Source: Paraspadella gotoi
Taxonomy: Eukaryota > Animalia > Chaetognatha
Direction: 5' to 3'
DNA: 64,000 nt
NCBI GenBank assembly: GCA_051294375.1
Contig: CM119263.1
Location: 10,036,432-10,100,431 of the forward strand
Shown: positions 40,901-55,200 of the stretch, in pieces
Layout: each line of letters begins with the position of its first letter
Numbering within the stretch: the stretch's first letter is position 1
Notes under the pieces: generated by a model
The model's input: only the letters and a program-made list of their open reading frames with translations
Database searches by the model: none
Told to the model about the DNA's origin: nothing
Position numbers and translations under genes: made by a program

Positions 40901-43900
40901 TGTTCTTTCAGTAACTGTAGTTATGGTTGTGTTTGTAGTGATTAAGATAGTTATGATTTAATTTTAAGTAGTTATTATTTTTGTTATGAGAGAAAATAAA
41001 AAAATAATTTAAAAAGTTTAATCACTCACTTTTCTATTCACAAATAAAATTTGAACTAATTGCTCCATCCACACATCAGTGATTAAAGTTTAAAGCTAAG
41101 GGCTGATTGATTGATAGATGGACATCATTTTTTTACATAATAATTTAATATTTTAAAATGTTTTAAACAAAGTGGATTATTAAGTTAGAATCTGCGACTA
41201 GCAAATCTGACAAAAAGCTTAAATGGGGCACTTTTTAAAAATTTTGCTGTCATTTTTTGGTCACCAAAGTGCTAAATACTAAAAATAATAAAAAAATTTT
41301 TACCTATATCCTTAAGAAGCATTCTACTTTTTGCTTTACTTTTGTGGTGGTCACAAAAAAGGCATTCTCTATATGTATTATATGTATTACCAGCTAATTT
41401 TATTTATAATTGATATTATTTATTTAGCTAATTTTAAATAGAATAAATTTGCTTACTAATTTTCTATGTCAAATAAACTTCGGTTGGTTTTTATGAATGC
41501 GACTTCGTTGTAGACGCGAGAACTTATATACTGAAAAAAAAAATGAATTGATATATTGAAGAGACAGTAATTATTGTTATTTGTTAGTGACATAACCGTT
41601 CAATATAAGCAGTCCCTGAGCTTTGCATCCGGCTGTAACACCATGTTACAGGCGGGTTAAGCGCCCCATCCCTCTTAACTGCTAGGCGATCACCAGGCTA
41701 GAACCCTGGACCTTTGGGTTGGGAGGCGAATGACTTGCCTCCGGCACCAATGGTCACTGAGGAACGGTTGGTGGATTTTAGTCCACCATTCTTCCCCCCC
41801 TCCCATAGGGAGAAGTCTGTTGTGTCTCTTCAGTGAATTGTTGTTGTTGGTGGAAAGTTCATTACCAAATTTAGGCATGTCGCCTGTTGTGTTGTTGGCG
41901 GAAAGTGCATCGCCAGGTTGAGGCATGTCGCCTGAAAGTGTTGTTGTTGCTGTGGTGTTCGGAAGTTGGGCTCACCAATGAAGAGACAGTAATTATTGTT
42001 AGTGTTATTGTTAATGACAAAACCATTCAATATAAGCAGTCCCTGAGCTTCGGATCAGGGGGGTTAAGTGCCCCGTCCCTCTTCACTGCTTGGCGACCAC
42101 CAGGCTAGAACCCCGGACCTTTGGGTTGGGAGGCGAATGACTTGCCTCCGGCACCAATGGCCACTAATGAACGGTTGGTGAATTTTAGTCCACCATAATA
42201 TAATGGTTCATCGGCAAATCTCAACCACTTACCTTGACTTTTGAAAACATATCGGTAAAGCCTTTTAGGTAACGCCAGACTCCGGGATCAAACCCAGGTG
42301 CACCTAATTCGAATTTCCGATGTAGATGAGTCAGAATATTAGATGATTGCGTTACTTTCTCTAGTTTACCGTACTCTTCCTGAAGTCTCTCCCACTCTTG
42401 AAAAGCGTGGAGCATGAGAAAGCAGAATCGCTGGTCCTTCTCGGTCAACTTGTTTCTCAGCATGTTAAAGATCTGTTTTCCCAAGCGAATTTAATGATTC
42501 GTACAGTTAACCTATTCTGGCGTTCTGATCATCACAAATAACGACATTGCTTACTGGCGAAATTCCGTTTGGTTCTTGTCGTTGAGCCCACCAGTGATAC
42601 AAATTAGTCAGATCTGGTGTAACAAAATAATCAGGGGAAGTTGTGAAAAGCCAAAAGCCAAAAATCGGACGGGATGAAACCTGGAACCTCCGGACAGGGA
42701 ATGAGATTCATGATATAGTTTCGAATGTCCAAGTTTTCCTCGTCAAGCTGAGCCTCCGATGTACTGTTGTTCATGCTGTTCTGCTCCGTTTCGCCGACGT
42801 TGGAGGAGGAGCTTGAGCTCATCGAGGATCTGGAGTGGGTAATGGGGCGAAGCCAACACGAATCGACCTTTAAAATGTTTAAAATGCAGCCGTGAAAGGA
42901 GTAAGGAGGAACGGCACCTTCTTATATTTTCGTTTTCGTTGGCGCCGTAAAAACGGAGTCCGTCGTCTTCAAATCCCGGATCTTTCACGTGACCCTCGCA
43001 GTCTTGAATCACGGGGGGACGCATGTATTGTGAAACGTCCATGTCTAACGATATAGGGGGTTTTGGGATGTGTAAGGGGAGGAAGGGTAATTTGGTATCT
43101 AAATCATCTCTAACACTCTCTTTTTTGTTTATTTGATACAAATCCTAATCAAAATTTGTCTTGACTTCAAAAGAAATCTCAAAACACGGAAATAACAAAA
43201 GTTTTAATCCAAATAAAACGAAAGATGGCATTTTTTAAAAACACTGGGAATTGGGATGGGTCTGTTATGGCTAAAAAAAAACTAGGTACTCTTTTTTTCT
43301 GTGCGTATGGTAACAGCCGGGTTGCCTATGATGTCCATTGGGATGGGTTATCTCCCTGTTGGCTTTGGGGGCTTCCGACCCTCAGTGACGCCAGTCACTG
43401 GCGCGGTTACCCTAGTACGGTCTCGCTTTGCCAACACAGAGGGAAGTCGTTAGGACTGTGGATGCATTGCAACGCTTGGGATTGGCTGAACGATGGTGGA
43501 TAAGAGGCGGTATGAAATCAGAATTCTAATCCCTAATCTTTAAGCTTAGTTCTTAAGCCTTAATCTCTATCCCCAATCATTAAACTAATCCTTAACTGTA
43601 TCCTTGACCTATTCTTTAACGGTAACCTTAAATTAATTTTTAAACCTAAAAATTAATTTTATTCCGAATTTAAGATGATGGGGCTGCAAAGTAGGTTAGA
43701 AAGGATACTAACCTAGAAACAAATAAGCATAGCCCTCCTTCCTCCTGCTAAATAATCGAAATCATCTCTCAGTTTTTTGTCTCCCTAATACTTTTTTCAT
43801 GACGTGTGAAAAGAGGTTACATTTTATCTTTTTAATATTTCTCTTCTTCTAGATATCGTTCTCTATTTTACTTTTGTTTTCGAAAAATTTATGGCGAAAT

Positions 43901-46900
43901 ATTTTAAACAAGTTGTCTAAACAAAGTATAATTCTTTTTTAAATATTTTCATGATAAGAAAATAAGAAAAACCATAAAAAATTGTTATCATCATCTTTCG
44001 ATGATTTAATCAGTTTTTTTTTATATTTTCACTTGGAAAACGTAGGAATTTTTGAAAGCTGTAATTATATTTCTTGTTTAACTTTTTATGCTCTATCAGA
44101 ATCCATCAAAAAATTTAATGATTTCAACAAAAAAAATTTTATAAAGCGAAAAAATACAAGTAATATTTAATGTATTAATCAAGACATTAACAAAGTTTGA
44201 TTTTATTTTTGCAACGAATTTTATTCTTACAAGAGCAGACATGTTTCGGCTCACAGTACGAGCCTTCATCAGCGCATATGAGTTGTGAAGTTGATATAAG
44301 TTTTTAGTTAAGAGAGGAGAGAGAGGAGGGTTAAAGGTTTCAAAAAAAAGAATTGAGTAAGGACAGTGATCAGTGGTGAGGACAAGATTTTTAGAAATGG
44401 CTAGTTTGAATAAGTTTTGAAAAGAAAGGATAATTACCATGAATACCTATCCTATCAAGACATATAATGTAAATTTTTTGTGAAAATGATTGCTTCAATA
44501 TTTAGTCAAGACAACTAATAGTCGAAATCTTATATTATCTATGGAGTTAGTCCCTATTGCAACGGATGAAACTGAACTGTTACTATGGTAGAAGTAATTA
44601 CAAATAAAGTACAAAAATGTTTTTGCCTCTGCTTACAATCCTCGCATTCAGATAAAAAAACTAGTTTTTCCAGTATTGTTCAGTTACTATTAACAAAATA
44701 AATTTAAATTGCCCCATAATATAAATTAGGCCAAAATACGGATTAGTTAAAACCATCTCCAGCTATTTCTAATCATATAAGAGTAACATTTTTGCAACTT
44801 TTAGGAAAAAAAATTATGTCCATTTTTTGTCCATTTTCACTTTCGTCTTCAAATTTGAATGCCAAGGAAAGTTGAGAAAATTTTTTTATTTTAGAATTCC
44901 TTTCTTCCTTATCTCCTTCACCCCTGAGTAAAATATTTTCCTTATATCATTCATAGTTCACTTATGAATTAATTTTAAAGTTGACAAGTCAAAAAGTCGC
45001 AGTTTTAGTTTTTATTATAATTTATTAACAAAAATAGTTTAAATTGGCTTAAACTAACAGAAAATATAGCCCACAGAATAAGCTTTCAACACCTACAAAA
45101 TTATCAAAAAAACTTATTTCGTTTAGCCATAGATAATTTTTAAAGACAACAATTAATTTGTGACTTTTTGTGACTTGCATTTATTTTTAATAAAGATAAG
45201 ATTTTAAATTTATTTTATAGTTTTAACAGTTGAGGAACATACTGACGTTAATAAAACAAAAAAAACCGCATCGTTTTAAACCAATGGAAAGCGTCAGGAC
45301 TTGTTTTTTCTCATAATCGACAGATTTTGCGGAATATTTTCCGCAAAATCTGTCGATTTACTATATTTGCCAGGCAACCAAAATTGAAAGAAAAATCATG
45401 AGATACCGTAAATTTCTTTTCTTATAATGGATATTAAAAAATTTCTTTGATTTGGCTCAATGTAAATGCAGAAAAGTAGTGGGAGGGAACAGGAAAGGGA
45501 GAACAAGAAAAGGAGAAGGGGAGAATGAGAGAGAAAGGGGAAAAGCATAAAAAGAAGGCAAAGGAGAAAAAAAATAAGGAGATAAAGAAAGGCGGAAAAA
45601 GAAAGGAAAAATGGAAAAAAAAAGAGGGGAAAAGAAAGAGAAGGAGAGAAGGCGATAAAAAAGGATAAGGAAAGTCAAATAGTGGCAGAGAAAGGTAGGG
45701 TCATAGAAAAGGTAAGTTACGGCGTGAAAAGTAGGGGAGGAAAGAGGAAGATAAAAATAGAAACACAGAGAAGAAAAGAGATGAAGAAAGAGAATCAGGG
45801 AAACGGTATGAAAGAAAAAAAAATGTATCAGATAATGTGGCATCTTGTCTGAAAAGTTTTGTGTAAATAAAAGCCACAAAAATTAAAAAGAGGAATTTGA
45901 TCTTTAAAAGTTGTTGGTACCATAAAAATCCATTCATACTTTCATCTCAAATTAGGTTGTTAATGAGATTAGATTGATAATCTCCGAAGAAATCATGTCT
46001 TACCGTATTTTTAACTCATAGAAATTTAACTGAACAGTACTAGGTAATAAGAATGAGATAACCATAGCAAACCGTTTTTTTTAAATAAAGAAAACTTCAC
46101 ACTAATCACTGAGATCAAAAGAGATGGTAATTATTTAAGTTCAGAAATCGTTATCTAAAGGACGTCGATCGTACGTGGAGCCTTTTCAACTCGCATCATA
46201 TTTTTCATTTACATCATTTTTTCAACTTGCATCCTTTTTTTAACTTGCCACATATTTTTACTTTGCATAATTTTTTTAACTTAAATCATTTTTTCAGTTA
46301 ACATCATTTTTTCAACTGGCATCATTTTTTTAACTCGCATAATTTTTTTAAACTTTTTTCAACTGGCATCATTTTTTTAACTCACATAATTTTTTTATTT
46401 TTTTTCCATGCAAATACATTTCCACCCCTAGATTCCATTAAAACTTGACATCTGCTCGAGTAATTATGGGTTCAAATTAGTAAAAAGATTTAGGTATATG
46501 TGACTTATGTTTTTTTCCTTTTAAACTCATTTCTACTTGCACAATTCCTTCGAAACTTTATATCCAGCTTCGTCACAAACTTTCCTACCCACATCTCAAT
46601 GTATCAATCCAATTATGATTAATTTGAGTAATTATGGGTTAAAATTAGTAAAAAGATTTTAGTTAATGTGACTTATGTTTTTTCCATTTTAACTCATTTC
46701 CACTCCAACGATTCCATCGAAACTTTATTTCCAGCTTAATCACACACTTTCCTACCAACATACAAAATTTCATGAGTAATTGGCGTTCAAATAGTGAAAT
46801 CGATTTTTTGTTTTTTCCACCTAATGATTAATCTCATTTCCACTCGCTCAATTTCATCGAAACTTCATATCCAGCTCAATCGCACACTTCCCAACCCACA

Positions 46901-48160
46901 CACAAAATTTCATTCCAATCCATCCATCCAATCACGAGTAATTGGAGTTTTTTGCTAACGGGGGATGGACAGATGGACGGACGGACAGACATTGTTTTTT
47001 TTTTGTTTTTTTATTAATTTATCATAATTTGATGTTCTGATATGGTAAAAATGATTTACCGACAAGCTTTTGGGGTGGGAACGACGGATCGACAAAGCGA
47101 ATAAGAGAGCTGGAATCTGCTGATAAGCAGATCCGACTAAAAATAAAATGAATATGTCAACGGAGGGACATGTGTAATGCCAGGGATGTGAAGCAGCTCC
47201 CGAGAGCTGGTGCTCAGATATTTGGACCTGCGTGTTTATGCAAACACCATCACACTTTAACCAGCGTGACCGGATCTCATGGTTGGTGAACGAGTACTGA
47301 ATTTCACCAAGCTATACGGGAGGCGAATTTAGGATTCGCCACATGAATTTAATAAACTTACTTTAACTTGTGATCAGTGATGCAATAAATTTTAAGATTC
47401 TTTTTCTTTGCAATAATTAAAAATTGGAACAATATTTTCTTATTTTTGCTCTGCTTACCGAATGTAATCGATTCTTTTTTATAATTTTTGTAAAAGCGAT
47501 ACGGAGAATAGTTTTTCTTACATGTGTTTTGTTCATCTTCGTTCGAAGTGTCTTGCCCGTTAGATTCAGATCTACTTCTCGCTTCGTGGCTTTTGTGTGA
47601 TGAAGTTAAATAATATGAATAAATTTTAAGTTTTACCTGACTTTCTTACAAGCCTAACCTTTCCCCCGAACGTCGAGAGTTGAAGCTGTCGTTTGAGTCG
47701 CACCTCCACGCCAGATTTCCGTACGAGGAGAGAGAGTTGTTGTTGTTGATCGGGCGAAGAACCAGGCTATCAGAAAATCCGTCCACGAATTCGCCCAAGA
47801 AGGATATCGTTCCCAGATCTGGATCTTTCCAGATTACCAAAATGGGCATGATGGGCATGATGTCGTATATGGCAGAGGATTATTTAGTCTTGGTTTTAAA
47901 TTTCACGCGGACAGATATTTTTGCCTTTTTTCTTACCTGACGTTAAAGCTTCCATTCGCTCTACATTTCACGACCGACGCGATGACTCTGTTTTAGGTTC
48001 TCTTTCCGTTCTACTATCGAAAAAGTTGGCGCTTAATGCGTCTTTTTAAAGGGCAATTCAACGCCCAATTGAATTTCTATTTTTCTTTTTTCAATTACAG
48101 TGGAACGGGATCCACAACGCCGCGCAGATCTTCGCGACCCAAGTCTTTGGCAGGTAAAAT

Positions 48161-48192
<32 letters not shown>

Positions 48193-49552
48193 ATTTATGA
48201 CACTGTAACCATCGCGGTTTCCGAATAGAAGCATAGGACAAACTTAAGTCGGCAGTAGTATGTGGAAGGACAATGGTCCGGTCAATGTCATGCACAACTG
48301 AGTGATAAGACAGGGTCGCCAAGAAATATCAGCTCGGAATATTAAAGCCTCCAATGTTCATGTAAAATGTAATTGATTTGTAACAATTACATTGATTGTA
48401 ATAAAAAAATAAAAAGTCTACAAATATTAGTCCATGAATCGAAGATCATCGTAACCGTAACAAACATATCTAATGCCGACTACTATTATCTCGTAAATCA
48501 TGTAGTATAGGCGGAGGTATGATGTAGGTTAAATTATTTATAATGAAACAATGTACATTAAAGCCGAAATATGTTTGTCTAAACTGTAATAAAATCGTTG
48601 TTGAAACAAATTAAAAACGTCTTCTATTAATTAAACAACGAAACGAGATCCAAACATTAAAATATATAACATATTTTATAAAAGTTTTTATAGTTTTTTA
48701 TGGTGAATCCAAATCTGTTCTTAAAAAAATATTTTGACATTTAACGATTTTATAAGGTATTACTACATAAATAATTGAATTTACTATACTGTTATGCTAA
48801 ACAAATTTTTAAAAGGATTTAAAATTCAATGTCCCTAGGCAGCAAAAAAATAATGTTCAATCAATCAATCTTTTCATCACTCCACCCTACTGCGTATCCC
48901 AGATTCCGATTCCACTTTTTCGGTCCCACCGCAAAATCTTGTCGGTAAATCCATTTCATCATATCAGAACATGTTTGTCTGTCCGTCCGTCCGTCTGTCC
49001 GTCAAATTACTCTTGATTGGATGGATGGATTGGAATGAAATTTTGTGTGTGGGTAGTAAAGTGTATGATTAAGGCTTTAAGCTGGATATAAAGTTTCGAT
49101 GGAATCGTGCAAGTGCAAAAGAGTTTTAATGGAAAAAACAAAAGTCATTTATACTTGAATTTTATTAAAGTTTTTTTTTTCTCTCTCTCACTATCTTTCT
49201 CACAGATAAAATCATTAATTAGCTCATTGTTCAGTTAATTGACTGATTGATTGATAGATTTTTTTTAATGATTTATTAAGAAATCTGTTTTGATTTATAA
49301 TCTAATGATCTGTTATAAAAATTGATGAAAAAATTTTTCTTGTTGACAAAATTACGCAAGTTAACCAAATTATGCCAGTTTTCCAAATTATGCCAGTGTA
49401 CCAAATTGTGCCCGTTGACAAAATTATGCCAGTTGATCCAATTTTGACATTTGATTAAATTATGCCATTTGTCCAATATGCAAAATTACCTAATTATGCC
49501 ATTTTCAAAATTATGCCACTTTACCAAATTATGCCAGTTGACTCAAACTTGT

Positions 49553-49620
<68 letters not shown>

Positions 49621-52229
49621 TCCTTCCCTTTTCTGTCTTTTATTTTCTTTCTTTCTTTCTCTCTTTTTTTGGATCGAGAGAAAGAGAGAAACTTTTAAGT
49701 TAATGTGACTTTTCTTTTTTTCAATTTCCTCTCGCACGATTCCATCGAAACTTTATAATTATATCTAGCTTAATCACAGACTTTCCTACCCACATACAAA
49801 ATGTTATCTTGATTTATATATCCAATTTTTAATAAATAAAACAGTTATGAGTAAACATCAGTGAAAAAATGACTTGTTTTTTTCCATTTAAACTAATTTC
49901 CACTCGCACGTTGTATCGAAACTTTATATCCCGATCAATCACACACTTTCATACCCACACACAAAATTCTATTCCAATTGGAGTTTTTTGCTAAGGAGGG
50001 ACGGACCGTCGGTGCATATATACTATACTATATATACTCTATAAATAGAGTCGGGATCTGCTGACAAGCAGATAAAACTAAAAATTATTTTTATGAAAAT
50101 AATTTAAATCACCGTTATATACTTTCTGAACCCATCTAAGTATCAACCCCGACTCGACTTCTATCGCTGGAAGAGGCTCGCCTCCGCGCCAACCCCGGCG
50201 GGGTCGACGCCAGCTCCGCCTCGGAGACGTCCCCTCCTGCCATCTCCGGCCCAGGAATGACGCCAGGCTCCTTGTCCATGGACCTCGCCCCCAGCCTGAC
50301 GAAGGAGTTTCACACTATCATCGCGGAACACCCAGGTAGCCGTCAAGGAAATATTGGAAATTAAGTATAATTTCTTTTGAAATTTGGTAAGTAAATATTT
50401 CTTTTTTTAACTGTTGCATTTTATTGTTAGGTGGTAAAAAGGCAAAAAAAGAGGAAGGAGGGAAGAACGACGACCAGGGAGAGACAAAAACTGCGTCAGG
50501 TCGGTTGTTTTTCAATTTTGTTTTTGTTTTCATCAGGTCTGTCTTTTTTTTTCTCTTTCAGTATTTCAATGCCTTTTTTTTTCTTTCTTTCGTTCTTCTT
50601 CTTTATTTCAATTTAAACGGCAACTGTAACAACCTAGTCCCTGTTGATTCGAAGGCGGGTGGCGATCTCTCTTTACTCGCGGCGCCCCCGATTCGCGAAA
50701 GTCATCACGAACGAGCGTCGACGACGAAGACGCCGAAGTAGCCGGGGCTGTCTCCGTGACGCAGCGAAATCGTGCCGACAAAAAGAGATCGGGGAGATTG
50801 CGGTCGGTGAAAAGTGCTGGTGAGGGAAGACTCGTTGACACTAACAAACTAATGATTTATAAATATTCCCGAAAGATTCGAAATGTCAAAATTGGGTTTA
50901 CACTATAAAATTACAAACACTGGGGCCTGGGTCTCACCCTTTGATTTTTCTTGCTCCTCAGAATCACTGAGCAGCAATCATCATCTGACGCTCGAAGCGA
51001 CGGTAATTGACGTCGACCACGAAACCGGAAGTATCGCCTCGTCCGTCAGCGCTTCTAGCGTCGGAAAGGGGAAAGAAAACAAAAGTGAGAACGAAAAAAG
51101 AGAGAAAGAAAAAAAGGCAAAAAAGAAAAAAAGAATGAATAAATGAATGATTCATTGAATCACTTTTGTCGAATGACATCGACAGCGCCCGGAGCCTCCG
51201 GACACCGCCCCAAGTCGGCGGACGGTCGAGTTACAGTCTTGGTTCCGCCGCCTCCGCCTCCCCCACAAGTCAGGCCGCCCGATTGGCCAAAGACGGATGT
51301 CGCCGCACGAGACGCTGGACGAGACGTGATGACGACGTCGACTTCCTCTTCCTTTTCATCGTTCGGAGGCGCGGGAATCGAGAAGGACGCTGCCGGCGGA
51401 GGTATGATGTAGGTTAAATTATTTATAATGAAATAGATAATTAAATATGTATAAAAATGTTTTTCAGCTTCGACTTCGATACGAAAGTCGCCCTCCTTCA
51501 AGGAACGCCTCGTCCGCGCCCTCTCACCCAAGTCTCTCCGAAGAAAAGCCTGCGAGGACGAAAGCAGCGACGGCGGCGACTGCGGCCTCGACCACGTCGT
51601 CATCACCCCCATCCCGCTGGAAGGTAAACATTCAATCACATATCTTGAAGCCTACGAATTTAAAGACGAAGTATATCGTACTCGTAGACAACATCAGCCT
51701 ATTTTTCACGTGGAAAAGGCTAACGTATTTTAGGATGCAAAAGCGACAAATGTGAACATCTCTATTGGTTAGAGAGAAGGTGGAAAGAGGTGATGCGGAT
51801 CGAGAGATATAATTTAATTATATGTTTTTATTGTTTATGGAATATAGATTATAGAGTCTGTCAACTGTTTGTTTTCAGGATCCCCAGGAGTAGTCCGACG
51901 GCGCACTAGCAGCGGAGGAGCCAAGACGAAGGGAAAGTCTTTACGCAGCAAGACCGAGGACTCCCAGTCTGCAAAGTCTGAAATGCCGACAGAGAAAGAC
52001 CGATGGAACCGGGCGCCGGTTGAAGGGAAAAGTGAGGATTCAGACTAAGAGTTTATCGATGTGCTGATTTCTTTGTTTATTTATTGTCTAAATTATCGAA
52101 TTTTTGTAGCCGCTGGTCATGAAATCTCTTACGGTCCTTCTCCCAAGAAACGCGTCATACCCGGTCATTCCTCGCCTCATCGCCCTCCTAGCGCTCTTTC
52201 CAAACTCTCTCAAGGTAATTGACTCAGTT

Positions 52230-52291
<62 letters not shown>

Positions 52292-55200
52292 TCTCTCTCT
52301 CTCTCTCTCTTTTTTTTTAATTCTCTCTATTTTCTTCTCTCTCTGACACGTTTCAGATGTTTGTCCGACTTCGCTTTTTACTTTTTCATTATACTTATAT
52401 TCTTCCGGTCGCTATGCTCGACCGAACCAACCATCGCTAATCTCCTTATTACCGTTTCATGTTAAGTTCTTCAACATTTCCGCTTATTATCGCTTATTTC
52501 TCTCGGTTTTTTTCTCATTTTTTATTTTTTGCTATTTGTCATAATCCGACCTGCGCTCTCTCGCTCGTTCATCAAATTATCACTGCTCCTTAATCGACTC
52601 ACTCACCACTCTGACGATCATATAAACGACGACAACAATAATAATACCCGACGACGATGACAGAGCTTGACCTGGCGTCGGGAACAGCCGCGGGGTTGGA
52701 ATCTCCTCTCCTGGAATCGTGCCTGCGCGAATTCAGGATGAAAAGAGGCAACGATTTCATGAGTCCGATTAATCTGGAGGACTCACTGGGTTCTCTGGCT
52801 TCGATCCCGGGTAAGAGCGTCCCACCTTTCCTTCATCTTTTGCCTACAATTCTCGCCCCGTTTTCTAGTTTATTCGCACTCCCAGCCTCTCTCTCTTCGT
52901 CGACACGAATAGACGCGAACTTTCACAAAAATTTAGTCTCTTTAAAGTTCAAACCGAGAAATTTTTACATCCGCGCGCGTTTTCAGCTTTCGATATTTTT
53001 TGCACGTTATGCCATTAGGCATTACTTTTTTTTCCAGATTAGTCGTCGTCGGTGTAGGGTTTTAATTAACAAACGAAGTTCAGTATTAGTTTTGCACCAT
53101 TTGGTCACTTTTTAATTTTTTTTTAAATAAATATAATTATTTTGATTTAAGGATTATAATATAAACAGACTGAAAAATTATTTTGTTTAAAAAAACGGTA
53201 AAATTAATGAGAACTTAAAAAACTTACATTTTCCAAATCTTTGTCAGCGCTTCGTCTTTGAGCTTTAGAAGAAATATGTCGAAACATGTCCGTTATTTTT
53301 TAATAAACATTTCTGCTCTTTTATATTTAAGCAAAAATTTTTTTCCGTCTCTCTAATTTGAAATATAACAAAAAGAAAGTAAAACACAAAATGATGATAA
53401 AAAATATGAAATTAAACCTGATACAGCATGCTTCCCTCTATTACGATATCCCAAAATGTTATTTTTTAACAAAATTTTAAAAAATGTCTCCGATACCGAT
53501 ATTTTAGTAAATATACTGTTTGATTTGATATGTACTGAAAACAGTTTTGGGTGGAATTTCTGATTTTATCCCCCCCAAAAATTTTCTTGCCTCAAACTTT
53601 AAAATTTCATGTCATATAAATAAAAATGATACACGGATTTTAAATGGAAGTGAACTGAAAAGAGTTGTTATAACTCTTAACTGACTGACTTTTATTGATA
53701 ATTGATGTTTTCATTAGTTAGAAAATTCCATATGTTTATGTTACTATATAACAAATTGAGAATACTTTACATCATAACAACTGGTTCATTTATCTTGCAG
53801 AACCTTTTTTTGCAACTTTTTTCGCCTCTTATTTGATACTTCAATTTTAAACTCATTGTAAAATAGTTAGTATAATATGTTGGAAGTATGAAAAAAATTT
53901 ATTAATATATTGTAAAGTTTAATAAGGCAAAAGCTTTTGCCAGATGATTGTTCTTTACTTTTTTTTATTGCTAACTTTTTTATATTCTATAAGTTTTAAA
54001 TAGAAAAACTAAAATATGGAAAAAGTTGTTGTTAAAAAGCTTTTGACATTCCGATTCCTCAGTCACATACTCCAACGTCTATATTTCTAAGATGAACTTG
54101 TGGCGGTATATTCACACCGCCTCACGTCCATCATCCTTCAGCCAAATCCATTGGCTCAGAGGGGGAACACACCATCCCAGGCGTAATGTTCCAACCACAG
54201 TCCTCTGCGTTGGCAAAGCGAGACCGTCCTAGGGTAACCGCGCCAGTGACATCCAAAGCCAACAGTGAGATGCATCACAGGCAACCCGGCTGTTGCCATA
54301 AACTCAAATAATTTGGTATTTCATTTTTTATAGCTAACAGTAAGGTCCTCCTCAAATGCAAGAATTTTGCTTTTATTAAATTCGACCACGTCATTGACAA
54401 GCACAAAACTAAGGAAGTAAGCAAGTTGGACTATTGGGAGTTGAAAAAGAAAAAAAAAGTCAGCAATTTTTTTACTAGGGTGCAAAATATGAAGTCTAAT
54501 AATAATGATTTAGCCTCAGTTATTAATCTTTTCATTTCTCTCCCATTTGAAATCCATGTATACTGTATAGTATACTGTATAGTATACTGTATAGTATACT
54601 GTATAGTATACTGTATAGTGATATACTCTCAAATCGCATGCGTCTTTATTTCTTTCTATGTAATTGACTTCGACGTCGACTCATTGCAAGACTACCAAAT
54701 TTTAGGCGTCGCATCGCCGGCGACTTCTCACGCGGGAAGTCCACGTCGCCTGGTGGCATCGCCATTGGCGAGACCGTCTTCGGGCGTGGACAGCGTCAAA
54801 GCCGCACAGAGTCTCGTTGCGTCTGAACTTGATCACCAAACCAAAGGAGATACTGAGTCACATTTGGCAAACGTAAGCATATATCTCATATCCTTTTTTA
54901 CGCGCATTTTAGTAGTCTTTGATGTATTCCCTCCTTTTAGCGCGAAGATGGTTTTGCCTCGACGCCCGATTCCGTGATGATGTCATCGGGATGCTCCTCT
55001 TCCTCGGACATGCTTCTTGACGTTTTAGACGCCGGGGACGCCGCAGCAGCCGCAGCTTCCGGCGTCGAAAAGAGTGGCGCACTGTCACCGATGCAGATCT
55101 CGTCCGAAGAAGAATTAGAGACCCCAAAACCGCAAGGAAATCCCGTGCCAAAAGAGCGCTGTCTGCCGAGCCTCACCGATTCCCCGGAGGCAGGGATGAC

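Noticed and set aside
48197-48360. Additional solo LTR
   Set aside because: Starts TATGA but no matching TSD, second copy or twister fold found.
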